A stretch of DNA of 41,061 nt. Origin: a virus (Duplodnaviria > Heunggongvirae > Uroviricota > Caudoviricetes). The position numbers and the translations under genes were made by a program. Location: the IMG/VR virus record IMGVR_UViG_2770939580_000003, positions 1 to 41,061 of that record; one strand, given 5' to 3'. The notes under the pieces are model-generated. The model saw only the letters and a list, made by a program, of their open reading frames with translations, did no database searches and was not told the DNA's origin. This document shows, piece by piece, positions 8,675 through 19,300 of this stretch. Positions within the stretch are counted from its first letter, which is position 1, and each line of letters starts with the position of its first letter.

Positions 8675-8675
8675 A

Positions 8676-10442
8676 TTAGATCACAACCTTTCTGATTTTT
8701 ACATGTTTAATATTACCGCTGCCGTCATACTCAAAAATTTTCTGGACACCCTGACCGTCATAGATCACCGTCTCAGTTTTCACTGTGCCGTCGGCATTAT
8801 AAATAAAAAGGTTTTTTTTCAACAGCTGCGGTGTTTCTTCGGCAGTGAATATTTCCTCCGACTCGACATCCCCATTCGGAAAATAACGATACACAACATC
8901 CAACTCTAGCCCTGTGCCTTCCAAAAAAGTTAGTCTTCGCCGCAGATCGGTATCATCAAACGTTGCGCCTCCTTGAAGTACATAATAATCAGCACCATTG
9001 TTAACTTCACGAAGTACTTTTCCGGCAACATCCCGTTGATATTCAATCGTTTTAACCTGCCCGCTACTTTCAGTAATTTCTTGCTTTTCAAGAAGACCCT
9101 CTGGAGTATAAAAGTGCTCAATTTTTCGATTGATCCCTCCATGAATCTGTTCCAGGTGTACCTTTCCGTCCGGATAATAAGTGTAGTCTGTTGTCGATGT
9201 CGTATTAATAATAGAACCTCTGCTAATGACAGTGACCCTTGCTTCCTTAGGCACATCGAAAGTAAATCGAATTACTGTATCACTGTATTCAATGTAGTCG
9301 TCTCCCACATCCATACGGATACCATCTAGAAAAACTTCGGTTGAATTCGCACCGATCACATACCTTGGAATCTGAAAATCTCTAACCATCGACAACCTAC
9401 TGTTAGGAGAAGAAGTGTAATGAAAAACAGATTGATGTTCTATCGTTCCGCGACTCTCAGCGAGTTCAAGACGACTTTGCATGTTATCCAGCCGATCCTT
9501 CAGAGCATCATAAACGACTCCGTTTTTATCTTGGCGTGATTGATTGACCTCTTCCGAAAACTTCTCCAGCTTTGGTTTCATTTCGTTAATTTTAGTTTCA
9601 TGTTTAGCCACATCGGAAACCTGATCAGCAACAGTCGTTTCAAGTTCTGACACTCGCCCTCCAAGCTCAGAAATATCCTGCTCGACCGAACCTTTGGTTA
9701 AAAAGTACCTGAAATCAAGAGTAGTAAGAGAGGTTGTAGGCGAAAGACCAATATCAAGCCCGCCGATAATAATCGCATCCAGAGGTTCTTTCTGATCTGT
9801 GCTATGCGAGAATGTTCCATTTTCATGCAAAAAAATATAATATGTTGTGTTCTCTGAAATATCGGAGATTATATAAGTTTGCGAGAACTGATCTACAATA
9901 ATTTTGTTAATACTGGCTCGCCCTGCATGAATGGTTACCTGTACACTATTGCTGCTACTAAGATAAACCGGATGAGATACACCCAGATCCTGAATAGATT
10001 GCTTGCCAGATAATTCAACTGAATTCTCCAAGGTATCTAAACGATGATGGAGAGAAGACTCTGCTCCCCGGGCCTCATCTATCTCTGTTTCAACCAGAGT
10101 TAATCTCTTCTCCTGATCCTTGTGATACTGGGCAAGTATGTTAATATCTGATCTTGCCATGAGAACATCCTGTTGAGCATCCTCCAGCCTTGTAGCATGG
10201 GATTTAACCTGGATTTCAACATCATGCAAACGCTGATCATGATTCGTTATCATCAACTGGTTCTCATTCGCAGATTTTTCTATAACACTAATTCGCTCGC
10301 CAATATCTACTGCTGAGCCTCTGGCTTTATCTAATTCTGCAAGATAAGAATCAATCTCATCATGAGTTCGAATCCCAATATCCACTAACTCCTTATGGCT
10401 CTTCGCAGATGATGTACGAGACTGGTTAATCCTTACTGACAT
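8676..10442 (-). CDS. coiled-coil tail fibre-like protein with YD-like beta-hairpin repeats
   Basis: long heptad regions; EIDEARG..SL..RLD motifs; tail-type beta module EVFLDG...VGDDYIE; repeated Y.PDG / YNADG / EYDGSG hairpins. Confidence 0.6.
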   Translation of the reverse strand: MSVRINQSRTSSAKSHKELVDIGIRTHDEIDSYLAELDKARGSAVDIGERISVIEKSANENQLMITNHDQRLHDVEIQVKSHATRLEDAQQDVLMARSDINILAQYHKDQEKRLTLVETEIDEARGAESSLHHRLDTLENSVELSGKQSIQDLGVSHPVYLSSSNSVQVTIHAGRASINKIIVDQFSQTYIISDISENTTYYIFLHENGTFSHSTDQKEPLDAIIIGGLDIGLSPTTSLTTLDFRYFLTKGSVEQDISELGGRVSELETTVADQVSDVAKHETKINEMKPKLEKFSEEVNQSRQDKNGVVYDALKDRLDNMQSRLELAESRGTIEHQSVFHYTSSPNSRLSMVRDFQIPRYVIGANSTEVFLDGIRMDVGDDYIEYSDTVIRFTFDVPKEARVTVISRGSIINTTSTTDYTYYPDGKVHLEQIHGGINRKIEHFYTPEGLLEKQEITESSGQVKTIEYQRDVAGKVLREVNNGADYYVLQGGATFDDTDLRRRLTFLEGTGLELDVVYRYFPNGDVESEEIFTAEETPQLLKKNLFIYNADGTVKTETVIYDGQGVQKIFEYDGSGNIKHVKIRKVVI

Positions 10443-10472
10443 TTGACCACCTCCATTCTTGCCTTATTGTAT

Positions 10473-10500
10473 CTATACGTTATTCAATAATGAAAATTAA
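10473..10500 (-). promoter_or_regulatory. ECF-type promoter motif, variant TTAAT-N16-CGTATAG
   Basis: the -35 element includes the TAA stop of the upstream gene; -10 is about 30 nt upstream of ATG 10442. Confidence 0.65.
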
Positions 10501-11630
10501 ACATATGTTGAGTACATCTGAAGGGAAAATTTAACCTGGGAAGTATATCTGTCCTGGGATTCTTCACGTTCCATCCGCAACCAAAACGAATATAACTCTC
10601 CCGGTAAAATCTTAAACGCAGTTACAGAATAGCTGAATGCTCCAGGCATTCCATCGACATCGGGTGCAATCTGTACCTTGTCCATCCCATTCATAAGCTT
10701 AAACGTTACGTCTCTAAACTCTCCGGAGGCCATCGGGTTTCTCGCATACATCCGCACTTCCTGTACTCTGGAACCCCCTGTTGTTAAATAACCAAGAAAA
10801 CGATCGGTGTTGGGATACAGAAGCACATCAAATTCTTCACCCGTTTCCGCGTTAATTTCCTTATAATACATGTCTGGTGTAACCTCAAATAACATTAGAT
10901 CACCCTTGTAAAGCTTCATGGAACCCTGTCCCAGATATTGATTTCCGTCGACGAGTTTAACTCTGAAACTGCCCTCTAAGGGATAAGGATAAGTATCCAT
11001 ATTAAACTGTACTTCCGTCGCACTGGATCGACATACTCTGCTTTCCAATACAATACCATTCGAATCAAGTAACTCCACTTGGGTACCACTGGTCAAATTA
11101 TCCAAATACACCGATGTGCTTCTATTAATTCGAACCTGTTCCACAATCATGGGATGGTCACCTTCACCTTTTAAGTAAAGACCAATCTTGGGAGCACCTG
11201 CTAGCTCGATAGAACCTATGATATGCCATACTAGACCATCATCTGACCAGTATGCAGAATAATAGTTATACTCTCGCATTAAGCGAATCCAGGGATAGCT
11301 CTTCAAGAGCGGTGTTGGTAGAGATGTATCCAAAAATTCTTCAATCTCCATGAAATTGTGCTCATCGATGAAAACAACAACACCACCGTAGCAGCCTTCC
11401 GTTTCGGGGTTATAATTGTTTTTGACATCCATTACGAATTGTTTTAACGCAGTCAATGGCTTGTAAAACATATATATCGGATCACTACCATGTTTAAGTG
11501 TTAGATGACCCTGCCCCGTTTCGTATCGACTGTCATCGCCAGGTAACACTTCCCAGTTCGCATCCAGACTATGACTTGTAAAAGAATCTTCGTATATTTT
11601 TCCAGATTCCTTTAGTCTCGCGACTCCCAT
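10497..11630 (-). CDS. concanavalin A-like (beta-xylosidase C-terminal type) lectin domain protein
   Basis: FTSHSLDANW...GHLTL...GGVVV...WIRLMR..NYYSAYWSDDG..WHIIG...KIGLY pattern of non-catalytic ConA-like domains. Confidence 0.65.
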   Translation of the reverse strand: MGVARLKESGKIYEDSFTSHSLDANWEVLPGDDSRYETGQGHLTLKHGSDPIYMFYKPLTALKQFVMDVKNNYNPETEGCYGGVVVFIDEHNFMEIEEFLDTSLPTPLLKSYPWIRLMREYNYYSAYWSDDGLVWHIIGSIELAGAPKIGLYLKGEGDHPMIVEQVRINRSTSVYLDNLTSGTQVELLDSNGIVLESRVCRSSATEVQFNMDTYPYPLEGSFRVKLVDGNQYLGQGSMKLYKGDLMLFEVTPDMYYKEINAETGEEFDVLLYPNTDRFLGYLTTGGSRVQEVRMYARNPMASGEFRDVTFKLMNGMDKVQIAPDVDGMPGAFSYSVTAFKILPGELYSFWLRMEREESQDRYTSQVKFSLQMYSTYV

Positions 11631-11646
11631 GCTTATCCTCCTCTCA

Positions 11647-14600
11647 TTACGTAAACAGCCATATTCGCTTGCCGATTACACACATTTTAGGCCTTGATTT
11701 CCATACTTCAAGTAAACATTTAATCAGTGCTTCTACGCACTGATCTCCGCCACCACCTTCACAGTAAGGAATGACATAAACATCATCGCATATCCAGTTG
11801 GTCAGCTCCATCCAGTCCAGATTGGCATACTCGTAGCTGCGTGTCCCTTCTTCCTGCATGGAAGTAAACACCCATTTGAATTCATGCTTACCTTTGGGTA
11901 CCGGATGTGAGAAGTTATAATACCCACCCTCCTTAGTGAAAGTTTGGATTAAGTTATTGTCGATGAAGAAATCAAGCTGACAATCAAAAGGCACAGGAAC
12001 CCATACCCACCGTTCATACGCTTTGAAGTCCTGCAGCCGGAAGGTAGTCAGATATGGCTTGCCAGTCACTTCGCTAATCTTTCCTTGCTGATCCGTAGTG
12101 ATCTCTACTTTATATTTACTATACGGTTTGGGTGATAGATCGTTTATTTCAAAACCACGAAAACCATGGCCATAATACTTTTCATCTAAAAACACTTTTC
12201 CATCTTCTCGGATGATTTTCACATGCATATTGCTATTATCGCAGCCCCCCATCCAGATCGGTTTGTTATTCCAGACCTCAAAGTGAGTTACTTCAGCCCA
12301 AGAAGGTGCAATTTTGATGATGTCCTCAATATGTAGTTTTCCTCCCCAGATCATGGCACCATCTCCCGGGCATCCTTGTACAAAGCGCACTTGAACTTCA
12401 TACTTTCGCTTCTCATCTGAGGTATTTTCCACTTCGATTGTAATCATCTGGTCCTCTTGATTCGTCACATCTCGAGAGTGTAGCAATCGCCCTTCTTCAT
12501 AGGTATCAATAACTATCTTCGTTCCTGAACATGCCCTGTTTGTATTCTTATATAATCGAATAACGTCGAGCCAAGCATGACTTCCACCATCTGGTGCTGT
12601 TGTGTCTGGTGGCGTCCAAGGCTCTGGCCCCGGGTGAGGGGAATTGCCTTCCGGGAACATGTTTCCATTAGCATCAGTACAGTAATTAGGCCAGCTCTCG
12701 TAAAAACTCCCCTCACTCAATGTAAAACCACCTGCACCAAGACCAGTCGCGCTTGTTGAGGTTTTATCTTTATGGAGTGTGTACACTACTTTATATTTGT
12801 GCTCCGGGATTAATGAAGAAGGACTGCTAATATATTCGCTAACTTTTTGACCATTTTTAACTTTTATTTGTATGGGATCGAACTTTCTGTTTGCTGTTAA
12901 ATCATACCACTGCACATTCACATAAGTCGTTTGATCAGAAGAAACTGGGTTAAGAAGCTTATTTTGATTGACACCATCCGGATCATCCGTCTTTACCGTA
13001 AGGCCTTTGACGGCTGCATAATAGTAATTACTTTTTTTCCCCCGTTCATATCCATTAATAGTATCAGTAAGACCTATAATCAATGTGTATTGCCCTGGTT
13101 TATCTACTGTTATTGTTTTAGAATACTTTTCTGCTTTAGTCCAATGTGTTGTACCAAGTTGCTTGCTGTTATATCCCTCGTTGTCTCCAACATTTATGGT
13201 CCGATCAAGAAATGTTACTGCTTTATCAGTATTATTTTTAGGGTGATATGCTATTCTAAATCTTCCAGCAAGTGTACCTTCAGTCAAATGACATAAGTAT
13301 TTAAGATCAATATCGAATGATTCAACACAATAGAAATCAAAAATTATCTTTTTGGTATCTGAGCCAAACAAACTATATTCAGGACTTTGAGGGTTGTTTC
13401 CAGAAACATCCAAAGAATAATAGTCTAATGTACCATTTGATTTGGAAATAGTCTCAGCGCCTATATATTGAGCACTTTTATTATTTAGCGTCCTCTTTAC
13501 AAGCACCCTCTTTTTGGTCACTGGATAGACTGTCAACAACTCAGAATAATGTAAATCTCCAATTTTAGGGGCTGTAAATGTACGAACAATTGTCGAGCTT
13601 TGCTTTGTAGTACCCACTTCGTCCGAAGAAATAAAATCACCTTTATTGGTTGCATCAAACTTAGCAGCTCGTGGCGAATGTCCACCATATAATTTTTGTG
13701 CGTATTGGATGTTATCTGTTTTTGACCCCCAGGTATAACACTTCACTCCGTATGGATCTGTCGTTGCCCCACCTTGCTGATCACTTCCCGTACCTGTTCC
13801 ACTGGAAGTTCCCGAACCGTTTCCAGAACCACCCTCTTCGTTATCTGGCGTATATTTTTTACCATCCCGGTATCTCCAGCGAAATTGATGGTTACCTGGT
13901 GGCAGAGGATACATACAATTGGTCCCTTCCAAGTCATTTGACTGGCTTCCAGTCCAAACCGAGATACCATCGATTTGAAGTTCAAGTTTTTCCCCTGGAT
14001 CAAATTGCCCTCCATATTGCCAACAGATGTAACCCGAATTGTCCAAGTGAGCTTCGAAATCACATATAAAATCCTGATCATGTCCCTGTGCCCACATGAC
14101 TCCATCACCGTTCACAATTTTTTTCCAAACCCAATTTCCAGAGAATCTTAATGATTCATGATATTGCCCTTCATCATTAAACAATTCTTCAAAAACCTTA
14201 AAATCTCTTGTGACCCCTGTGACCGGATTGTACGATGAATCCATCGCTGGGTAGATACGCATATGTTCTTGAATGCTAAATTTAGCACCGGGATTTAATT
14301 CTGCATTATATCGAATCGTATCCCCATTTCTTTCAGTTCTAGCACCTGCATCTGTTACATCCCATCCGCGTGTCACATCAACGTACGAACCTAACCTTGT
14401 TGTGGAACGATATGTATTTCCTGTATTGTTTCCATAGGTAAATAGTTTTTCCAAATTATCAATAAAAGGCTGTTCAGTGTAATAATCTCGAATATAAAAT
14501 TGGATGATATTTAAACCTTCCTCTAAAGGAATTCGTATCTGCTCCCCCTGGCTATGCATCGTTGAATAGTATTCAAGCATGCCATTTACAGTCACCTCGA

Positions 14601-16272
14601 ACGATTCCGTAGCTCGTAATTGGTGAGAATAACTAAACAAAAACCAACCCTCATCTTGCAAGTTCACTTCAGTTTGAGCAATCATATTCCCTTCTAGAGG
14701 TTCATCCAGCCTTAATACATTCCCTGATTTTACCCATGATGGACTGCCTGACATCTGCCATTGATAATTCCCAAGGCCCCGGCCATGGAGAGATTCTTTC
14801 CAATGATCAATCTCGTACGATGGACATACAACTTCAACTACTCCTTTTAGATCCACAGTGGTATCAGGGCCCGCTACAATTTCATATTCAATTTTGGCTT
14901 GATTGGTAGTTGTTTCGGAATATTCCTCATTGAGATTCCACTCTACACCGTGAACAGACTGAGCCTGACTATTATGACTGCTTTCTCCATGTTGAGTTCT
15001 GGATTTAAAAATATCATCAAAGAACAAATCATAATCTTTAATTGGATAAGATTCTTTGTCTATTCCCATGTAGTAAGCAAAAGAAACTGTAGCATCACAT
15101 TCATTATCCAAATTCATTTTCATCGTCTTACTTCGCTCTTCATCTGTAATGAACTGAGCTTGAAAGTGGGCTTGTGCAATACTTTGTGATGATTTTACAA
15201 CCCAATCACTGTCCCACTGCTCGCCATCCAGATCACGATCCAAAGGAGCAGGCGGCTTACGTGTATCCACAATTTCAACCACTTCAATATCCTTAATATA
15301 AATCCCATTGTTCTGCCACACTTCAGGCCGCATTTTGCGAATTAACCAGTCGAATTTGTACATTTGCCCCGGCTGTAATGTGAACGCTGCTTCCTGCCAG
15401 CTCGTATTTTCGCTCCATTCGCCACCAACCTGTTGCCCGTTAATATAGAACAACATGCCATTACCACGTTTAGCACTGACCATGTATTTAAACCGAATCT
15501 GACCATACCGTTTAACACGCCAGTTAAATGTGATCTTCGATGAATTGCCAATCTGCAGCAGGCCCAGATTAAGCTTCAATATCATTTCTGATCCAGACTG
15601 TTCATTTTTGCCTACAGAGTGCACAGTGCCCCATTCCTGATCCTCGGTCGATGAAACATATCTGAAGAAATCCGGAAATTTATTTGAAAATGGAACATCC
15701 TTTTTCATGGAGAACAAAGGAATTTCGTACACTTTGGCATCAAAATGATTGAAATAATTACCGCTAAAATGATGATAATACGGCGCAGGGCAGACCGGTA
15801 AAGAAACCCCATGATGGCTGCCGCCAGGCTTCTGGGCATTTTCCAGAATCTTGTGAATACAGTCTTTAATCATCTGCAATACACGCTGATACTGTGTTTT
15901 ATCGGGCGGTTGCTGCTGTTCTACCCACCACTCGATTCGCCGGTACATATTCCATAACGCCTCACGACATCGTACACTTGCATACCATGTTTTATCCTTT
16001 AAATACTGCTCAATCATCTGATCAATGCTGTTCTCCAGCGCATCCAGCTGAACCGTTTGCCATCGCCCAATCTGGCCATAGCCTGGGTCTCCTAAAATGG
16101 GATTATTTTCTTCTCCATATCGATCCGTTTCACTTCTGGGTGCATTGGGACTCTGTGGCAGATGAGCAGGATGATTAGGATTACCCGGACTCTTATCCGC
16201 AACCTTTGCTCGCATATTAGCAAATAGTACACCTTTTTGTGATTTGGAGAACAAACCAAATGTATGTCCCAC
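11647..16272 (-). CDS. large multi-beta-sandwich (CBM/jelly-roll-like) tail tip or adhesin protein
   Basis: start GTG 16272 after GGAGGTG; repeated modules such as LFYING, LELQIDG..LPPGNHQFRWRY, LDFFIDN..VPKGKHEFKWVF; Cys-rich C-terminus. Confidence 0.65.
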   Translation of the reverse strand: MGHTFGLFSKSQKGVLFANMRAKVADKSPGNPNHPAHLPQSPNAPRSETDRYGEENNPILGDPGYGQIGRWQTVQLDALENSIDQMIEQYLKDKTWYASVRCREALWNMYRRIEWWVEQQQPPDKTQYQRVLQMIKDCIHKILENAQKPGGSHHGVSLPVCPAPYYHHFSGNYFNHFDAKVYEIPLFSMKKDVPFSNKFPDFFRYVSSTEDQEWGTVHSVGKNEQSGSEMILKLNLGLLQIGNSSKITFNWRVKRYGQIRFKYMVSAKRGNGMLFYINGQQVGGEWSENTSWQEAAFTLQPGQMYKFDWLIRKMRPEVWQNNGIYIKDIEVVEIVDTRKPPAPLDRDLDGEQWDSDWVVKSSQSIAQAHFQAQFITDEERSKTMKMNLDNECDATVSFAYYMGIDKESYPIKDYDLFFDDIFKSRTQHGESSHNSQAQSVHGVEWNLNEEYSETTTNQAKIEYEIVAGPDTTVDLKGVVEVVCPSYEIDHWKESLHGRGLGNYQWQMSGSPSWVKSGNVLRLDEPLEGNMIAQTEVNLQDEGWFLFSYSHQLRATESFEVTVNGMLEYYSTMHSQGEQIRIPLEEGLNIIQFYIRDYYTEQPFIDNLEKLFTYGNNTGNTYRSTTRLGSYVDVTRGWDVTDAGARTERNGDTIRYNAELNPGAKFSIQEHMRIYPAMDSSYNPVTGVTRDFKVFEELFNDEGQYHESLRFSGNWVWKKIVNGDGVMWAQGHDQDFICDFEAHLDNSGYICWQYGGQFDPGEKLELQIDGISVWTGSQSNDLEGTNCMYPLPPGNHQFRWRYRDGKKYTPDNEEGGSGNGSGTSSGTGTGSDQQGGATTDPYGVKCYTWGSKTDNIQYAQKLYGGHSPRAAKFDATNKGDFISSDEVGTTKQSSTIVRTFTAPKIGDLHYSELLTVYPVTKKRVLVKRTLNNKSAQYIGAETISKSNGTLDYYSLDVSGNNPQSPEYSLFGSDTKKIIFDFYCVESFDIDLKYLCHLTEGTLAGRFRIAYHPKNNTDKAVTFLDRTINVGDNEGYNSKQLGTTHWTKAEKYSKTITVDKPGQYTLIIGLTDTINGYERGKKSNYYYAAVKGLTVKTDDPDGVNQNKLLNPVSSDQTTYVNVQWYDLTANRKFDPIQIKVKNGQKVSEYISSPSSLIPEHKYKVVYTLHKDKTSTSATGLGAGGFTLSEGSFYESWPNYCTDANGNMFPEGNSPHPGPEPWTPPDTTAPDGGSHAWLDVIRLYKNTNRACSGTKIVIDTYEEGRLLHSRDVTNQEDQMITIEVENTSDEKRKYEVQVRFVQGCPGDGAMIWGGKLHIEDIIKIAPSWAEVTHFEVWNNKPIWMGGCDNSNMHVKIIREDGKVFLDEKYYGHGFRGFEINDLSPKPYSKYKVEITTDQQGKISEVTGKPYLTTFRLQDFKAYERWVWVPVPFDCQLDFFIDNNLIQTFTKEGGYYNFSHPVPKGKHEFKWVFTSMQEEGTRSYEYANLDWMELTNWICDDVYVIPYCEGGGGDQCVEALIKCLLEVWKSRPKMCVIGKRIWLFT
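12119..12146 (-). promoter_or_regulatory. intragenic ECF-type motif TAAAC-N16-CGTATAG
   Basis: full match inside the 1541-aa CDS, about 490 nt upstream of ATG 11630; may be a chance match. Confidence 0.4.
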
Positions 16273-16293
16273 TCCAATCACCTCCCAATTACG

Positions 16294-16321
16294 CTATACG
16301 AAAAAAGGAGCACCGAGTTAA
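16294..16321 (-). promoter_or_regulatory. ECF-type promoter motif TTAAC-N16-CGTATAG
   Basis: TTAAC TCGGTGCTCCTTTTTT CGTATAG immediately upstream of the RBS of the 1541-aa gene. Confidence 0.78.
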
Positions 16322-16330
16322 TCGGTGCCC
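16301..16330 (-). terminator. intrinsic terminator after the 1901-aa gene
   Basis: GGGCACCGA-TTAAC-TCGGTGCTC-CTTTTTT. Confidence 0.8.
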
Positions 16331-19300
16331 GTTAAATCATATTGTAATTTTGAATCCGTATAAATTTGCAGCCGGTTCTCCATTACTGATACCGATAACA
16401 TATACCACTTCCCTTTTTCCCATTTAAAGGGCTGCATCGGAGATCCTACAGGCCGCACATTCCCTGCAACAACTTGATATAATTGCATGGGCGACCTCAT
16501 ATCCAAGTTATTCTCGCGATCTCCTCCATGTATCATAAACATCCAGTAGTTCTGATCATCAAGATATTTGAATAAGATACCAGCACCCTTGTCATCTGCA
16601 TCGGAATCTACTTTGAAATTGACTGAGAATTTATAAGTGTCAGCCAGAAAATTGTTGCGATACCATCCACTCATTTCCGCTGTCTCATTCTTAGAGTAAA
16701 ATTTCCCGAGAAGTTCATCTCGATCCCATATTCCTTTGCCAAATGATTTCCACTCATCGGTTTGAGATAGTTCCAAGGCATCCATATCTCTGGAGTATGG
16801 ATAGTATACATTAAAGGGATCATGTGGATCATACTCTTCAGGTACACCCATGCCCCCTTCCCAATCCTCAGGATTCATTCCTCGCTCAAGCAGATCATCC
16901 GAATAATCAAACATGAGTCCTTGTGCCATCGTATCCATTATAGGGAGATATGCATCCTCTGATTCCTGATGAGCAAATAAATGTTCTGTCACCTTAAAGC
17001 TATCATTCGGCTCCGTTTTTGCAAGATGATAATATTCCATGAGATGCGCTGTTCTTTCCGGAAGAAATGCGTACAGCTCCTGCAGATATTCTGATCTTTT
17101 TTCTGGCCTCTCGGCAAAAATGAAACCGGTAATAATCTGGGCGCACCGTTCTTCGAATGAAGCCACCAATGATTCTGGCTCTTCAATCTCGGATAGTCTT
17201 GCATTAGCTAGACCGAAACGCGTTTCTTGTTCGATACTAGACACGCGTTCTTCGGTTATCGCTTCACTCGTCATTTCATGAAGTCTACCCGAATCTGACA
17301 ATTTACTGCCAAATGTCTCTCCATCTTTAACAATATAACTTTGGTATGGAGCATTATCGGCGTAACTTGTTTCTTCATCAGAAGAGTCGGATAACCTTTC
17401 ACTTCTCATTGCAAATAATCCATCGTATCCTTGACTTCTGCGCTCTACTCCCTCTCCGTTGAAGAGCTTATGTGAATATGCATAACGATCCATTTTCCCT
17501 GCAATGATCTGTTCCAGTTCTAAGGTCACTTTTCTAGGTACAGCCATTCCCTCGTGCAGTTGATGATTATCCGCATAATAACTCATTCTTGAACCCGTAA
17601 CCAAGTTGCGATCAAGATGAGCTTCACGCTTCTCATTATCGCCAGTCACAATATGTATCACGTCGAATTGTTTGTACTGGAATCCAACAAGATCCGTACT
17701 CACTCTTGAGCCCTTACTTTCCTTATAGCTATCTAAAATAATGTTAATACTTTCTCCTTCAAGGAGCTTCATAGAGCCGCTGGTCATCTCGTGGGTATGA
17801 GCACTTCTCACACTTTTACTTGCGTAAAGTTTATCCATGAGATCCATCGACTTGAGCTCTTTGCTCAGATCCAGTATTTCAGTTATAACGGAACCTTTAT
17901 TATTTTTTAAGCCAGCAAGATTTTCTTCCCAATAACCATATTGCGGTTTGTCAGCGAACCAGATTTCTTCCACTTTACCCTCTTGGGGCTTTTCCGAAAA
18001 TAAAACTTCCTGCGTTTTTCCGTACTTCAGGTTAGTACCACCGACAAGTTCGATGGGTATATCTCCGTAATGAAGTCCAGTACCACCAATAGATTCAACT
18101 GGAATGTCACCATATTTCAGGTTAGTTCCACCGAGCGGCAGAATTAGATCAAGATTACCGTATTGAGGTTTGTCAGCAAGAAGTTGTTCCTCGAGTTGAA
18201 CCGTTTTCTCCTTCTCACTCTCTGTCGTCTCTTCATTGAATGCTGTTCTTGTTTCTTTAGACCCTGTAAGTAACGATTCTTCCAACTCTACTGCCTTGTT
18301 ATTTTTCATTGCATTTTCAATGGGTTCAACGAAATGAGTTTCTCTAATTTCATGATCTGCTAACCCGTATTCTTCATGCATCTGACCAAGGCGAAGCTTC
18401 ACAACTTCCGTCTCCATTTCGTGTATCCAAGCCTCTTTGCTTACTTTTATGAAAAGAAGCTCTTCAGACAGATCAGACGATAACTCCATGTTCTTCGCGA
18501 TGAACTGACTGTTCATTTCCCCATCATATGAGCTTGGCAGCGCTACTAACATCTCCATCATATTTGCATGTTGCAGAAATAATGCCCCAGCACTAAACTC
18601 ATCTTGTAACAAACCTGCCTCGCTATGCTTCACTGTTTCGAATAACGAGATACCCATATCAGATTGCAGTACTTGTCGTTCTCCCGTTTCAAATGTAATA
18701 TCAAATAAGGCATCTTTTGATTCATTAAAACTTAGGAAATATTCCACATCAGAGATGCCTTCTCTTGAAATAGAGTTACCTATAGAGTAATCATAATCGA
18801 GAACTGACGATCTCCATATCTCCGTACCTAACGGTTGTTCTAAAATCGTAATACCTTGCTCATGTTGAAGTGTACCTGCTGTATAGACATTGTTAAGGTA
18901 CAACTGTCTAATGTTTGCTGCACCTGTAGCGTATTCCCGATAAATTACAGTTTCTCGGTCCTGATTCGAACCCAGCCAGTCCGTATTCTGCAAATATGCT
19001 TCAGAAAGGTTGGATTCTCCTGTTAGAGAATCTTCATGGAGCATCATCTGTCGCAATTCCAAACGACCTGGATTGTGTGCTTCAAGTACAATCCCAGATC
19101 GATCACGATCCACTTTACCCATGTTCAACTCAATCATACGATCACTATTACGGCTTCGAACATTCCCTGCGATTTCTTCACTAAGTCGTTCTCCATTATG
19201 ATCGAGTCGCTGACCCGCAATTAATTCAGGCTCAGGTAAACCTTTCCTCTGAACATGACCTGTCTCATACGCAGGGTCATCCGGGAACTGGCCCACACCC

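Noticed and set aside
8676-10442. RHS polymorphic toxin
   Set aside because: Only a few YD-like hairpins; no long RHS core, no DPxG cleavage motif and no toxin/immunity pair
17935-18177. CRISPR array or DGR template repeat
   Set aside because: The repeats are in-frame, degenerate at synonymous positions and lack spacers; no cas or reverse transcriptase gene is present
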